A stretch of DNA of 64,000 nt from Pseudogymnoascus verrucosus (GCA_001662655.1 KV460282.1); one strand, 5' to 3'. Positions 45,713-60,658 are shown, counted from the first letter of the stretch. Numbers and translations: made by a program. Notes: generated by a model not told the origin, from the letters alone.

Positions 45713-45901
45713 ACTGCTATGTTTACAGACACTGAGCTGATGGGAAGGCGGTCTCGAGATTTAGCTCTTTCTCAGCATGAGATGGGCCCCTTCAGTTGTG
45801 CTTATGGGTCTTCCGGTATGGTGTTGGATTTATGATGCGTTTGGGATGGTTGGGCGAAGACGGGGATATGGGGTATAGAGGTGGGGATAAAAGGGGGCCA
45901 G

Positions 45902-45955
45902 AGGGATGTGAGCGAGGTAGCAGGAGAAATTGCAGCGATCTGGGAGAGTAAATAA
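45902..45955 (+). pseudogene. Third, highly eroded fragment of the same family
   Basis: Translates RDVSEVAGEIAAIWESK*, matching the family's (W)RDVSEEVAxEIAxIW motif. Confidence 0.6.
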
Positions 45956-46260
45956 ATAAGTCATTAGGTGAAGGAGGCGTTGAAATAGGAAGGTCTTCTA
46001 TGGTCTTTTCTATATCCAGCTCAACTAAAATATGGCATTGTTCTGTTATCTGTATCCATCTTCGCTTCTCTTGTCACATCTCTATGAGCCTTGCTTTAAG
46101 CCACAACAACCACAACAACACCAACAACTCACTCAATAACCACCAACTGAACAACTTTATAAACTTCTGATACCCTTCTCTTTCTTGGAAGATCTCCCAA
46201 CATTGCTAAATTTCCCCCCTTCGGCAAAAAAGGCAACCTACCTTATCCTACTTTTCCACA

Positions 46261-47499
46261 ATGGGGGAGGTGTTCTACATCACAGCTCCGCGAGCAAAGC
46301 GTATGCTTCGTTCGAGCGACGAACTTCAGAATATATTCTTTGATAACAAGGCCAGCGAACTAGTCACACTCCTCGTTGTCCCCACTAGGGTAAAGAAGCA
46401 ATCACAGAAGCAATCACAGAATCAAGCAGTTTCACCCTCCGCCGCCTCCACCGCCTCAGCCGCTACAACCAACGCCCAGAGTGGCCGCCTCGACTTAAGC
46501 CCATCTCAAAAGGCCGTAGTCGTTTCTCAGAAACTCACGGATGCCACAGCGGCCACCAGAAACCCGCTGGACACCTTCAGCACGCTCCCATTAGACATCC
46601 TCTCAATGATTTTCGACCATCTCGACGACATCGCGGATCTCACGTGCGTGGCCCTTGCGACACCATACCTATGGGACGTCACCCAGAGAACCATCCATCA
46701 GCGGTACAAAGCAAAGCTGGGGAAGTGGGCAGGCGAAGCTATTGTGTGTGTCGGCGAGAAAATCCCAGCAGGGGACTACCCCCCCGACTTATTTTCTCCG
46801 GATGAAGTCGAGAGGTTGAACAAGGAGGCTGACGTCTATTTTGGGGGTGGTTGTGGGAGGTTCTTGGCCAGGCCTCAGAAATCGCCGCGCACGTTGGCTA
46901 ACTTGGCCTACCCGCCTAACGGAACTTTCGATAGGGAGGGCATCACTGCAGATGCAGAGGCCTCGAGAGTCTTTTACGCGTGTTTACGCCGCTGCTCGCG
47001 TTATCCTTCGACAGAGCTTCGTGCCAGACTCCGGCGGTGGATTTACACGGACCGTCCTGATTTTGCGCCGCGGGAAGAGGACTGGATTCTTCGGAACCTG
47101 ACTATGAAGGAGTTTGTTACGGCAGAGGGAATCGCCCTGGATACCGACTTCATCAATGGGCCATTTATTTCCGGGATAGGGTTTGGAGACGCTGTTGTGG
47201 CGCGAACATTGTGGACTGCGAAAGGCACGCCTGATTTGCGATACGTGCCCCAGATCGGGAGGGGTATCTGGGCGGGGCATCGGTTTGACATCACCACACG
47301 CTCAGGACATGATGAAGCCACCAAGGATGAGGAATGGAGGGATGTGAGCGAGGAAGTTGCGAGTGAGATTGCAGGTATCTGGGGGAGTCAATTTGGGCCG
47401 CATTGGTTAGATGTGGGCCACTTCTATCAGCGATTCTACGAGGAAAATGAAAGCGAGCGCATTTATGCCGACATTTGGGATGAGCACTTGGATCAGTGA
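46261..47499 (+). CDS. Hypothetical protein with F-box-like motif, paralog 2
   Basis: Starts MGEVFYITAPRA like paralog 1 (MGECFKLTVPRA). FSTLPLDILSMIFDHLDDIADLTCVAL, WILRNLTMKEFV, GIWAGHRFDI and WRDVSEEV. Confidence 0.8.
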   Translation: MGEVFYITAPRAKRMLRSSDELQNIFFDNKASELVTLLVVPTRVKKQSQKQSQNQAVSPSAASTASAATTNAQSGRLDLSPSQKAVVVSQKLTDATAATRNPLDTFSTLPLDILSMIFDHLDDIADLTCVALATPYLWDVTQRTIHQRYKAKLGKWAGEAIVCVGEKIPAGDYPPDLFSPDEVERLNKEADVYFGGGCGRFLARPQKSPRTLANLAYPPNGTFDREGITADAEASRVFYACLRRCSRYPSTELRARLRRWIYTDRPDFAPREEDWILRNLTMKEFVTAEGIALDTDFINGPFISGIGFGDAVVARTLWTAKGTPDLRYVPQIGRGIWAGHRFDITTRSGHDEATKDEEWRDVSEEVASEIAGIWGSQFGPHWLDVGHFYQRFYEENESERIYADIWDEHLDQ

Positions 47500-49330
47500 G
47501 TTGGGTCTGAAGTCACAAATAATATCAGCCTTCTTATCACGTTCATCATTAGGTAAATCGCGGGGAGGATCAACTTCCGTGCCTTCTTGTCAATGGAACG
47601 AGATATTTGCAGACAGATGAGTTGCCCATGGATTGTACGATTATAAGACAGAGGATAGTTGCGCCGGTCCGAGGGGGATCACTTTCCGAATGCAACCAAA
47701 CAACAAGACGAGTCCTACACAGACAAAACAAAGAGATATGATATGACGGGATATCAAGAAAGGCGCTTCAGAGGCAGAATCGAGCGGCTGAGCGAGCCCA
47801 ACTCCAACAGCTGTCAGCCCTGGCGTAGCGCCACCACTTCCACGGACCACCAATTTGTGCAGAACAGACCGCAAGGTTACGCCGTTTCAGTGCTGGAGCG
47901 TTATAACGGCGTTATTGAATTGGCTGAGACAGGACCAGGGTGGTTTTTTTTCCCACGATGTGACGACGAAGGGGTCCAGCACGTGATAGCGGTTCGTGGG
48001 GGTTCATCAGCTAGAAGTGCAAATGCGAAAAAAGGGGCATCCCCGGATACTTCTACTCTCTATCAGCTATGGTTATTGCTCGTGTGCGTATAAGTGATAC
48101 TCGAAATAACTCTTCCTTGTAAGTAAACTATACAATGCCGTTCTCCATATATACGAGATCTGACCTCAGATCCGTGTCCGCCGCAACCGCGTATAGCACT
48201 ATGGGGCAAGACCCGGTTAATAGTCTCCTATATTACCGCTATATCGAGTTGCGGCCCCGGTATTCCGATCGGTGATGATGATGATGCGATCAGAGCGGGT
48301 CGTGGGTGGTTCATGCTTGGTTCGTGGTGGGTGGCCCGTACAGCCAAGCCCGTTGCTCTTTCCTCGGTCTGTTCGTATCCCGTTCCTGACGCTGATCGGC
48401 AGCGGTGTGGGGGGGTTCGCCGGCATTATCGCAACACGCCTACGACGCCCCCCCTCCTAGCGTTGGCGCCGTGCAGCTAATCCCACTCAATTATCGAGTT
48501 ATACACCGGAGAAAGGCCAACTCAGACCTAGAGTGTACAGTACAGCAGCTGGGAGAACGGACATCTTTACTATCCTCGTAACTCTCTACCGCTCGATATT
48601 CATTCCTCTTCTCTTCTTGCCGTCGTTACTTACTTTTCTACTCCAGTATTCTCTACTCTCTACTCAACACTCCACTTCTACTACTACCGCCACCGCCGCT
48701 CGCTGCTGTACTGTACCCCCTCAAAGACCACATACCTCCACATTACCTCCACATCCCTCTCCTTTTAGTCATGGCGATCCGTGTTTCGTGTGCATGAACC
48801 AGAACCGATCCTGCACAACACTGCACAAGTCAAAAAGAAGCTCTTGGCTGTCTTGCCAACACGGCTCTAGTCGACTACACACGACACCGCTCCACTTCCG
48901 TCCGACCACCCAAGCTCACTAAGTAAGCTCACCGCACATCAACTACTATTTCCGTCTTTCTCCTCCCTCCCTCACTCAATATTCTATTTCTACCCTCAAA
49001 CAACCCTCTCTCCTCCTCTCTCTCTCTGTACATATGTCCCTGTCATCCGCCTCACTCCCCATTCACGACCCAGTGATTCAGTCTATGGCCTCTCCCACAA
49101 CCCTCTTCTCTCCCTCAAGTCCCGCCAATACGAGGCTGTGCCCGTGGTGGATCGGCGGTCAGAAAGCTTAATACAGCCACTACCTCTTTTTGGTCGTACT
49201 CAGCTTGTGCAAGAGGCGGTCATTGCGGAATAAAAATAAATACAGTAAATATATATACAAAGCTCTCTCCCCAGGGACCGTCCCCTTGGTCCGACATACA
49301 CGTTGTGACACTCGCTTCACTTCCTTCGCC

Positions 49331-50161
49331 ATGGGATTCCCGCCGTCAACTACTAGGGCGGTCTCGCCAGAGCATGTGAATTCCCACAACGACAACTTCG
49401 ATTCAGATGACGACTCCGAGTACTATTTCCACACATATGCTCCCCTCTCATGCTTTCCCACGCCTCCGCCCTCATCACACACCTCCAGCCCACCCTCGCC
49501 ATTCCCCGATACCCCGTCCGACTGCTCGCTGGACACCAGTTTACGAGGTACACCACCCTCCCCCTCTTCACCTACCGGCAAGATCACAAGCTAACCAACC
49601 CCAGGCCCAGCAACCTACCTCTCAAACCTCATCCCCTGCGCCGCCTCCCTACTCTCACCCTCCCCATCACTCACCCACACACTCCTCACGCACGCAAACC
49701 TCCCTATAGAAACCCTCGCACTAGCAGCCTGCATCCTCGACTCCCTCACCCCCCGCTTCGCAACCCTCTGGCGCCGCTCCCTCCCGCTCTCCTCTCTCCC
49801 CGAGTCGTCCCAACACATCGATTCCGTGCGCCCCGAAGTCATCATCCTCGCGGCGCTGATGATAGCCCACAAATTCCTCGACGACGCCGGAACGAGGACG
49901 AGGACTTATAGCGAGGTTGTTGGCGAGGGGAGGTGGGGAGTGGATATGTTGAATGTCACTGAGCGCTGCGTTTTGGAGAATCTAGGCTGGAGAGTTGCCA
50001 GGTTATGGAGGGGAGAGCTAATTGAGGGCGCGGAGGAGGATATGAGGAGGGCGGGGATGGTGTGGGAGATGGCTGGGAAAAGGGTTAGTGGTGGTGCGAG
50101 GATGAAGGGGGGACTGTTGACGCCTGTGGAGGGGGTGGTGGGGGAGGATATTGCTTGTTGA
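49331..50161 (+). CDS. Cyclin-like protein (Pcl/Clg1-like cyclin box), 2 exons
   Basis: Exons 49331-49547 and 49605-50161 join in frame. ANLPIETLALAACILDSL, PEVIILAALMIAHKFLDD and LNVTERCVLENLGW. Confidence 0.7.
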
Positions 50162-50730
50162 GCGGAGTCAGTGAGGAATACCCGTTAGTTATTGGTGGAG
50201 ATTGCTTTCGTTTTTGGCGTTTCATGGGAGCGATGTCGTTGATTTGGATTTGGATTTTGGCGCAAACGGATGCATTTATGGGCGCTGCTGGCTGGGTGAG
50301 AGCCATGGTTTTAGCCCACGGGGAGTGGGATTGGGAGCGAAGCAAATTGTTGGTGGCATTGAGGGAGGGAGTACTCAGCCGTTTGATATTATGATACCCT
50401 GGAACATAGTACGTCGTATACCTAGAGAGAGGATGGATGGATGGAACCTAATGAATGGATTATCGATATTTTACTTTGCTTCGCAGGACTTCTTTGAGCC
50501 CGATCTTGATGTGGATGGGCTATGTTTGGTGTATATCATGTGAGAGGCCGACGAGCTATTCGCCTCGAAGTGAGACCAGTTTGCTATTTGCCAAATATCA
50601 AAATTTATACTCCTCCATATAACTCCACCGCTTCTCCAAAAAGCACAAATCTCGTAAATTCTCCAGATTACTGTTAATATTTAAAAGTCCCAGCCACATA
50701 AAAGCACGTGTTTACTCAGGTCCCAACTCA

Positions 50731-50797
50731 ACGCGGGGTCTCCGCCCCAGAAACCACTTTACGCGAGAAAACGCGTCTGGATCAAGCGCGTCGCGTC
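50731..50797. promoter_or_regulatory. MCB-like (ACGCG/ACGCGT) cell-cycle element cluster
   Basis: ACGCGG 50731, ACGCGA 50761, ACGCGT 50771 and CGCGTCGCGT ~50787-50796, all ~190-250 bp upstream of MCM3. Confidence 0.65.
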
Positions 50798-50984
50798 AAA
50801 TCTCCTATCCACCAACTTCAAATGCCCGCATCGAAGGAACAACTTCGGAAGTAAACCACCGCCACAACCACGACCACGACACCACATCTCCGCCGTCTCT
50901 TGTTGGCAGAATATTAGACGTCGATTTTTGAGGAGCGATATACCCGGCCCTGTTTGCCTATCCCTTCGCTCGTAATCGCCCAAT

Positions 50985-53731
<2,747 letters not shown>

Positions 53732-54248
53732 GAGTCCGGATTGTGGTTGAGTTAGATCGGGATGGATGGGATGGGGGGTGTGGGATGTAATTGGGAATTT
53801 TACGAAAGGTGATGATAGTTGAGACGCGACACATGTGAGGGACACCACGGTAGGAAGACGATGGGAGGATCTGAGATGGGGGGGAATAGGCGTTATTGAA
53901 ATTTTGCCCACGGTGGGCGTTCGTTGCGGCGTTAGAAGACGCTGGGGTTGCATGCATGGAGACGATGATAAGAGTGAACAAAGAATCAAATATATTTGTC
54001 TGTCTATCTATCTATGTGTCTGCTTGCTCCAAAGGCGCCTTTTCAACGCTATATAAGAATGGTAGTATTAGTGGCGAGTTGTCCGAGTGAGGATGGATGT
54101 GGATGTGGATATCTGGCTGGCAAATCAATGAGACGGCACGGCGCAACAACATCTACCACGAATCCAATCCACCCTCCTTCCCTCTCAAAAATCTAAATCC
54201 CAAAACCCCCTCTCCAAACGCCCATCTCCATCCCACCACCACGCCCTT

Positions 54249-56024
54249 CTATATCGACACCCCCGCCATCCTCCCCGCCAACCCCTCATCCCCACCCCCA
54301 CCCCGCCCCTCCAACTCCCTCATCCTCTCCCCAACATCCACCCCATTCCACCTCTCCCCCCCCTTCTCATCAAAACTAAGAACCGGCATCCCAACTTGCT
54401 CAATAGCCAAACTCGCCGCCACATTCCCCCACCGCGCGGCCTCTTCCAGTCCCGCTCCACGGGCGTGCGTTATTGTTAGCGCGCCGAGGAAGGCGTTTCC
54501 ACCCCCCGTAGGGTCGATGACCTTTGCGGAGTTGGTGTGGTAGGCTGGGAGCCAGGATGAGAGGCCGAAGTCGCGGGTTGAGATGTCGTCATCTTCTCCC
54601 GGTTCGGAGGAGGTGGGGGAGGTGGAGGTGGGGGAGGAGGGAATGTCGGCGAAGAGGGACATCATGTCTATATCCGCCGTTAAGGCCAATCCTCCGCCGC
54701 GGATTTTCTTCGCTTTCTTCGGAGGAAGGGGGGGAGGGGATGCGAAGTTCGAGTTTGAGGAGGGTGTTGGCCGAGGGTGTGTTGGGGCTGAGCGCCCGCC
54801 GTTTTGCGCTATGTAGCATCCGTCTGCGCCACAGCGGACGATGATGGCGACTGCGGAGAGGGGCATGGAGGCCAATAGCATCTCGGCTGCGTCTTCGACG
54901 AAGGTTCGGTCTACCGAGCCATCTGGGAGGGAGGCGGGGGAGCTCATCAAGGTGCCGAGTTCGGAGTGGTTGGGTGAGCAGATGTCGACGTAACCTAGTG
55001 CTGCGGTGGTGGCAAGGAGTTCGGTGGGGAGACAGCAGTCTGGGACTGGTTCCCAGATGAAGAGGGGTTTGGGGGGGGAGAGGGGGTAGAGGGTTTGTCG
55101 CCTCAAGGAGAGGATGTTGGTGACGAGGCTGATGCAGCGGGAGGGGGAGCAGATGAGGTGGAAGGACTTGGCGTGGAGGAGAGCGGGGGAGTCGAGGAGG
55201 TCATGGTGTTCGAGCCGGAGCTTCGGGGTGGTGTAGCGGAAGGCGCGGTGTTGGGGGTCGGTGGGGGAGGAGTAGCTGTTTAGGGCGCGGGTGGTGAGGC
55301 GGGTGGGGTCGGTGCGGAGGAGGCAGGAGGTTTGCCAGGTGTTGAGGTGGGAGGTCTGGGAGGGGGGGAAGTCGGAGCCGCGGTCGACTATCCAGCCTAC
55401 TTTTTTAGAGAGGTGGGGGGCGGGGGAGGCGAGGCGCGCGCCGAGGGCGGAGTAGGTGCCGGCGCCGCCGAGGATGTTGTGTTGAGGTGGTTGGGGGGGG
55501 GGGTATTGTATTTCATCTGTGAGAATGTTAGAGGGGGGGTTGAGGGGGAACACGTGTTTTGAAGGAGAGAGTGGCCAAGGAATGAATAAATTCGAGAATG
55601 TATTGTAGTAGCACTCCTAGCTCTACTTTCAAATACACTGAGAGTCATTTCAAAAAAGCTCAAGATCGTCTGTGGACAGAGCAAATCATGCCAGACGGGA
55701 GATGAGGGTATGACAGGATGAGGGGTAATAACATCAAGTTATAAAGTCGAGACTGAGCTTATATAAAACTTATAGCAAAGTCTCTACAATCCCCAACTAT
55801 TCACATATGTAGACAAGGGTATATATGCATCCTGGCTGTATAATAGATGGTGGTATTGTACAGTACATATGACACCGATACCGGTGTAAATTGACGCCTG
55901 GGAGGATAGACGGAGAACAAAGACAGAATAAACACAGGAGCTTACCAAGAATGAACATCCCAAGAGTGCAGAAGTCTATCTCCTGATCCGGGTTGATCTC
56001 CTCCACGTCCATAGCGGTGGCCAT
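54249..56024 (-). CDS. MAK32: PfkB/ribokinase-family protein, Mak32-like, 2 exons
   Basis: Exons 56024-55946 and 55516-54249. DFCTLGMFILDEI, GGAGTYSALGARL, IWEPVP, SPNHSEL and VIDPTGGGNAFLG. Confidence 0.8.
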
Positions 56025-56586
56025 TTTCTGTTAATATCGTTAATATGGTGAAGTTATAGAGCTTTCAACTCTACAGTAGAGGGGAAGCAACGAACGACGA
56101 CGACGAGGACAAGGCTGAGGGTTTTATTTGTGGCGGCAAAATTTAGTTGCTGGGTCCACCGCCCACCGCCTACCACCCACTAAAACCCGCAAGGCTCCCA
56201 CTCAGCCCGCCCTTTCAGGAGGCCGGATTAAATATATCGCCGATCCGCCGTTTAATTACTCCGGAAAGTGGTGAACAAAGAGTGGCCCGACGAGCTACTA
56301 TTCTATTACTATTGACTTATGTCAGCCTACGTACGACAATTGACATTGACATTTGCTATCAACACAATAAAGACTAATTGATCTCTTTCTCTTCGCTGTA
56401 GAAAGTATATATCTTCATATCTTCACATATATTCACATATATCATCGCACTTTCCTGCATAATTGCTTGCAGTTGTTGTCTTTGGACCCTTACTACCTTC
56501 CTCCCTCCATTGTCTGGCAAGAACAAGAACCGTCTGCCTGCGCCTTCCTTCCTTCAACTCATTCTGCACAACAAACCCTACACAAG

Positions 56587-58493
56587 ATGGCTGCCAACAT
56601 GAATAATCTGACAACTCTCATTAAGAGGTAATCCCCGCTCAATTATCTTTCTTCCCCATCTCCAAAGCACGACTGTGGGCGCAGCCTACCACTCAACATG
56701 CGGCCGATTAAATCTATTTGGAACATCAGGAAGGACCACAGGCTAACTAGAGTGATTCTCAGGTTGGAAGCTGCGACATCTAGGTTGGAGGACTTGGTGA
56801 CACCAGCCTTTGAGGATCCAGCATCGTCGACACCAAAAGAAAACGGCGACAATTCCACAACCACCCGAACCCCCGCTCCGTCGGGAAGCAGCACGCCCGC
56901 AGCTGGCATTGCTGCTGGTGCTGTCGGTGCTGCCGCAGCTGCTCCGGTAGCCGCGGCCGCCGCAGCAAATACAATTTCCCCGCCCAAGCCAGCCGACGAC
57001 CCAGTGCCCGAGTCGGTGGAGGACTTTGATACCTTCCTGGACACATCAGTCAAGAAGTATGTTGATCTCAGTGTCGAAATCGGCGGCGCCATTGCGGCTC
57101 AGGCTGCACGAGTCGCAAAGGTCTTCCAGAATGAGCGCACGCTGCTCCTCATCTCCACAATGTCGAAGAAGCCCGACTCGTCTGGGAGCGAATATATGGA
57201 GCTCCTCAAGCCTCTCCAGCAAGAGATCCGAACGGTTATCGATGTAAAGGACGCAAACCGTGGCTCAGAACTCTCAAACCAGCTCAGTGCAGTTGCTGAG
57301 AGTATAGGAGTCATCGCATGGGTCACAATGGACACCAAGCCATACAAGCATGTTGATGATAGCTTGGGATCCGCTCAGTACTTTGGAAACAGGGTCCTGA
57401 AGGAGTTCAAAGAGAAGTAAGTCTTGCTATGATGTCAGGTAGCTACGGCATACTAATAGAATCCAGGGACCCTCAACAAGTTCAATGGATCCAATCTTAC
57501 TACCAAATATTCAAGGACCTGAGCGCATACGTCAAGACCACCTTCCCCCACGGACTGACGTGGAATGCGAACGGTGTCAGCCCGAAGGAGGCCATGAAGA
57601 CTGTTAGCTCAAGGGAGTCGACTCCAACCCAGGGTCCATCGTCATCTCCGTCTCCGTCTCAAGCATCATCTGCAGCCGCAGGAGGACCGCCACCACCCCC
57701 TCCACCTCCACCAGGCCCAGCGCCAAAATTCGATATTAAAGAGGTTGCGAAACCTGCAGCTGCTGTAGGAGGGATTGGCGCGGTTTTCTCCGAGCTGAAC
57801 AAGGGTGACTCTGTGACTAAGGGTCTTAAGAAAGTAAGCGCGAACGAGATGACACACAAGAACCCATCACTGCGTGCTAGCTCCATCGTCCCAGACCGGA
57901 GCGAGAGTAGTCTGAGCCCGACGTCGTCCATCAACCGCAACAAGAGCCCTGCGCCGCGCAAGACACCAAAGCCAGAGTCGCTGAGAACCAAGAAGCCCCC
58001 GAAGAAGGAGCTTGACGGGAACAAGTGGATTATCGAGAACTTCGATAACGAAGCTGAGATGGTTGTGATTGATGCCTCCATCTCTCAATCCATCCTCATC
58101 AGCAGGTGCAGCAAGACCACCATTAAAATCAATGGAAAGGCCAATGCCATTTCAATTGACAACACCGCCCGCCTGTCTCTCGTCATCGACTCTCTCGTCT
58201 CGTCCGTTGACGTTGTTAAGTCCTCCAACTTCGCATTGCAGGTTATGGGCACGCTGCCAACTATTCTTCTCGACCAGGTCGACGGCGCCCAGATGTACCT
58301 GAGCAAGGATAGCATGAAAACGGAGGTCTTTTCGAGCAAGTCCTCGAGCGTTAACCTGAATATCATTGAGGGCGAAGAGAACGATGAGGGCGAAGGGGGC
58401 GACTTCAAAGAGATGGCGCTACCGGAGCAGATCCGCACCTATATTAATGAGAAGGGCCAGCTTATCAGTGAGATTGTAGAGCATGCCGGTTAG
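56587..58493 (+). CDS. SRV2: Adenylyl cyclase-associated protein (CAP), 3 exons
   Basis: Exons 56587-56627, 56763-57416 and 57467-58493. LIKRLEAATSRLED motif, poly-Pro, WH2-like VFSELNKG..VTKGLKKV, CARP repeats and the SEIVEHAG end. Confidence 0.95.
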
Positions 58494-58718
58494 ATACGTT
58501 TTTCTCGGGGAGTTTAGTTTATATTTGTATCGATAGGTGTGCCTCACTGTTGATACCAGCGTTGCATGGGGTCGCTGTAGAGCGTGGCAGTCACATAGCT
58601 TTAGCAATTGAAGTATCTTTGTTTGTCAAGAGGATTCTCGTATTTTTACTAATATTGTCCCTTCGTCTATGACCCTTGATGCGACTCCGAATATGTACAA
58701 ACACAGCCATCCAACATC

Positions 58719-59173
58719 TTATGCGGACTTCTTCCCCTCCTTGACCTCCTTCTCGTGCTCAATAATCTGCTTGCTCCAGCTATGACCCGTTAGTATCCAT
58801 GACGGTATTCAACGCAAGCTGCGGCGAGAGATTTGCACATACTATCGACTTGGGTAGAAGCGACCCTGCTCTGGGAACTTCGTCCGGTACTCGTTCTCGG
58901 CGCTGTACTTCCATGACATTGCCGTGACTCCGAAGATGGCAGCCAGCATTACTGCAGTGTTGACCTTCCAGTTCTTAGGCTGCGTGTACCAGCCACCAGC
59001 TGGTGACCAGACGTGCTTGGGGTATCTACAAATAGTTGGTTAGTTGATGATGCCCTCGGGGAATCGTATCGTGTTGTGGAGAGAGCTCGCAAACGTACGG
59101 AACTTTTGCGCCGCCACCCTGATAACCATTAGCACGCATCCCACATATCGCAGACGTGCAATTGACTTACCAT
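58719..59173 (-). CDS. Small conserved single-pass membrane protein (88 aa, probably mitochondrial), 4 exons; absent from the ORF track
   Basis: Exons 59173-59171 (ATG only), 59118-59099, 59025-58843 and 58779-58719, with canonical GT/AG and branch sites. Product: MGGGAKVPYPKHVWSPAGGWYTQPKNWKVNTAVMLAAIFGVTAMSWKYSAENEYRTKFPEQGRFYPSRYWSKQIIEHEKEVKEGKKSA. Confidence 0.85.
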
Positions 59174-59458
59174 CTTGATGAATTGGCTGTAATCGTGGTG
59201 GTTGATGTTCCGCTCCAACGCGAATTTCAGCGGATGAGGTTGGATTGGCGTGGTGAGGGACTTCCCGGCCCGCTTAGTCATCACCCAATTGAGGCACGAG
59301 ATCTTTCTCGCAAGCTTTAAAAATTATTGGGACCGCGCATATAACTCCCTCCCCCTACTGCAGCAAGTTCGCCCAACGCCGCCCCAGTCGACCATTTACG
59401 AAGTTGTCATACCGGACCGGCGAGGACGTACAAGAGGAGGACATATACATTATACCCG

Positions 59459-60658
59459 ATGAAGAGCTTACGGGTGGCCGAGAAATGGACGGGCCAGCTG
59501 CTGGCAAGGAGGACTGCAAGACCCTGCTGCATCCGACAGCAGCGCCAACAAGGTCCGCAGCAGCAGCTCGTACGAGGCATTGCCACGACCAGGCAATTGT
59601 CGAGCGCGGCCGCCGCAGCAGACGAAGTTCTCTTTGAAGATGAATCGCTGAACACGCTCCGCCAAGCACCCGAGGAGTCCTTCCCATCACCCCTACCCAG
59701 CGCGGCTCACACCTCCGCCAAGCTGGCAGCACTACACGCCCGTCTCGGGCTCCCCGCGAAGCTCCCCGTGGAAACCCTCGCGAGGACGCTCGTCGACCCC
59801 TCCGCTGACCAGGCGAGGGATTTCAATAACGCTTCCCTCGCCCTAGTAGGCTCCTCGCTCCTCTCCTTCCACGTCTCAGAGTGGATTCTCTGCACCTACC
59901 CCCGCCTCCCGATGGCCGTCCTCTTCGCCTCGATGAACGCCTACGTCGGCCCCGCCACGCTCTGCAAGCTAGCCCAAGAATGGGGTGTCGAGTCCGCCGC
60001 CGCCCCCGGCTCGGAAGTCGACCCGGGACTCCTCCAGTTCTCCAAGCTCAAACCGGGAAGCCAGCTCCCTACCGCGACATCGGCGCGCCCGAACGATGAC
60101 CAGAATTACCGCCGTGGTCTGAGCAGTCGTGTAGTCTACGATGACGAGTTCGGTGACGTGGTCAGCAAGTTCTCCCTTGCTGAAGCGCAGACCTCGGAAG
60201 CTGCACACTCGAACTTCGTGCGCGCACTCGTGGGAGCAGTGTACATGCACAACGGCCGCGCAGCCGCAAAGGCGTTTATCCGCGCGCACGTCCTGTCGCG
60301 GCACCTCGCGATCGAGAAGCTGTTCGTGTTTGAGACGGCGACGCGGGATCTGTCGCGGCTGTGTGCGCGTGAGGACTTTGAGTTCCCCGTTGCTAGGCTG
60401 CTGAGCGAGACGGGCAGGAACAGCAGACATCCGGTGTATGTGGTGGGGATTTTTAGCGGGAAGGATAAGCTTGGTGAGGCGGCGGGGGCGAGTCTGGGGG
60501 AGGCGAAGACGAGGGCTGCGATTGCGGCGTTGAAGGCTTGGTATATGTATTCGCCCGTTGCTGGGCAGGGGATGAGCGCGCCGGTGCCGAGTGATGTGGA
60601 GGAAGGGGGGAGGTGGGAGGGGGCGCATATTGATATGGGTGAGATTGTGGCTTGTTAG
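59459..60658 (+). CDS. MRPL3: Mitochondrial large-subunit ribosomal protein mL44 (RNase III-like + dsRBD)
   Basis: Presequence, SAKLAALHARLGLP, YPRLPM, FVRALVGAVY and PVARLLSETGRNSRHPVYVVGIFSG.KLGE. Confidence 0.9.
   Translation: MKSLRVAEKWTGQLLARRTARPCCIRQQRQQGPQQQLVRGIATTRQLSSAAAAADEVLFEDESLNTLRQAPEESFPSPLPSAAHTSAKLAALHARLGLPAKLPVETLARTLVDPSADQARDFNNASLALVGSSLLSFHVSEWILCTYPRLPMAVLFASMNAYVGPATLCKLAQEWGVESAAAPGSEVDPGLLQFSKLKPGSQLPTATSARPNDDQNYRRGLSSRVVYDDEFGDVVSKFSLAEAQTSEAAHSNFVRALVGAVYMHNGRAAAKAFIRAHVLSRHLAIEKLFVFETATRDLSRLCAREDFEFPVARLLSETGRNSRHPVYVVGIFSGKDKLGEAAGASLGEAKTRAAIAALKAWYMYSPVAGQGMSAPVPSDVEEGGRWEGAHIDMGEIVAC

Noticed and set aside
47659..48093. 144-aa ORF downstream of the F-box-like array
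   Set aside because: Non-ATG start, no similarity to the array and no known motif.
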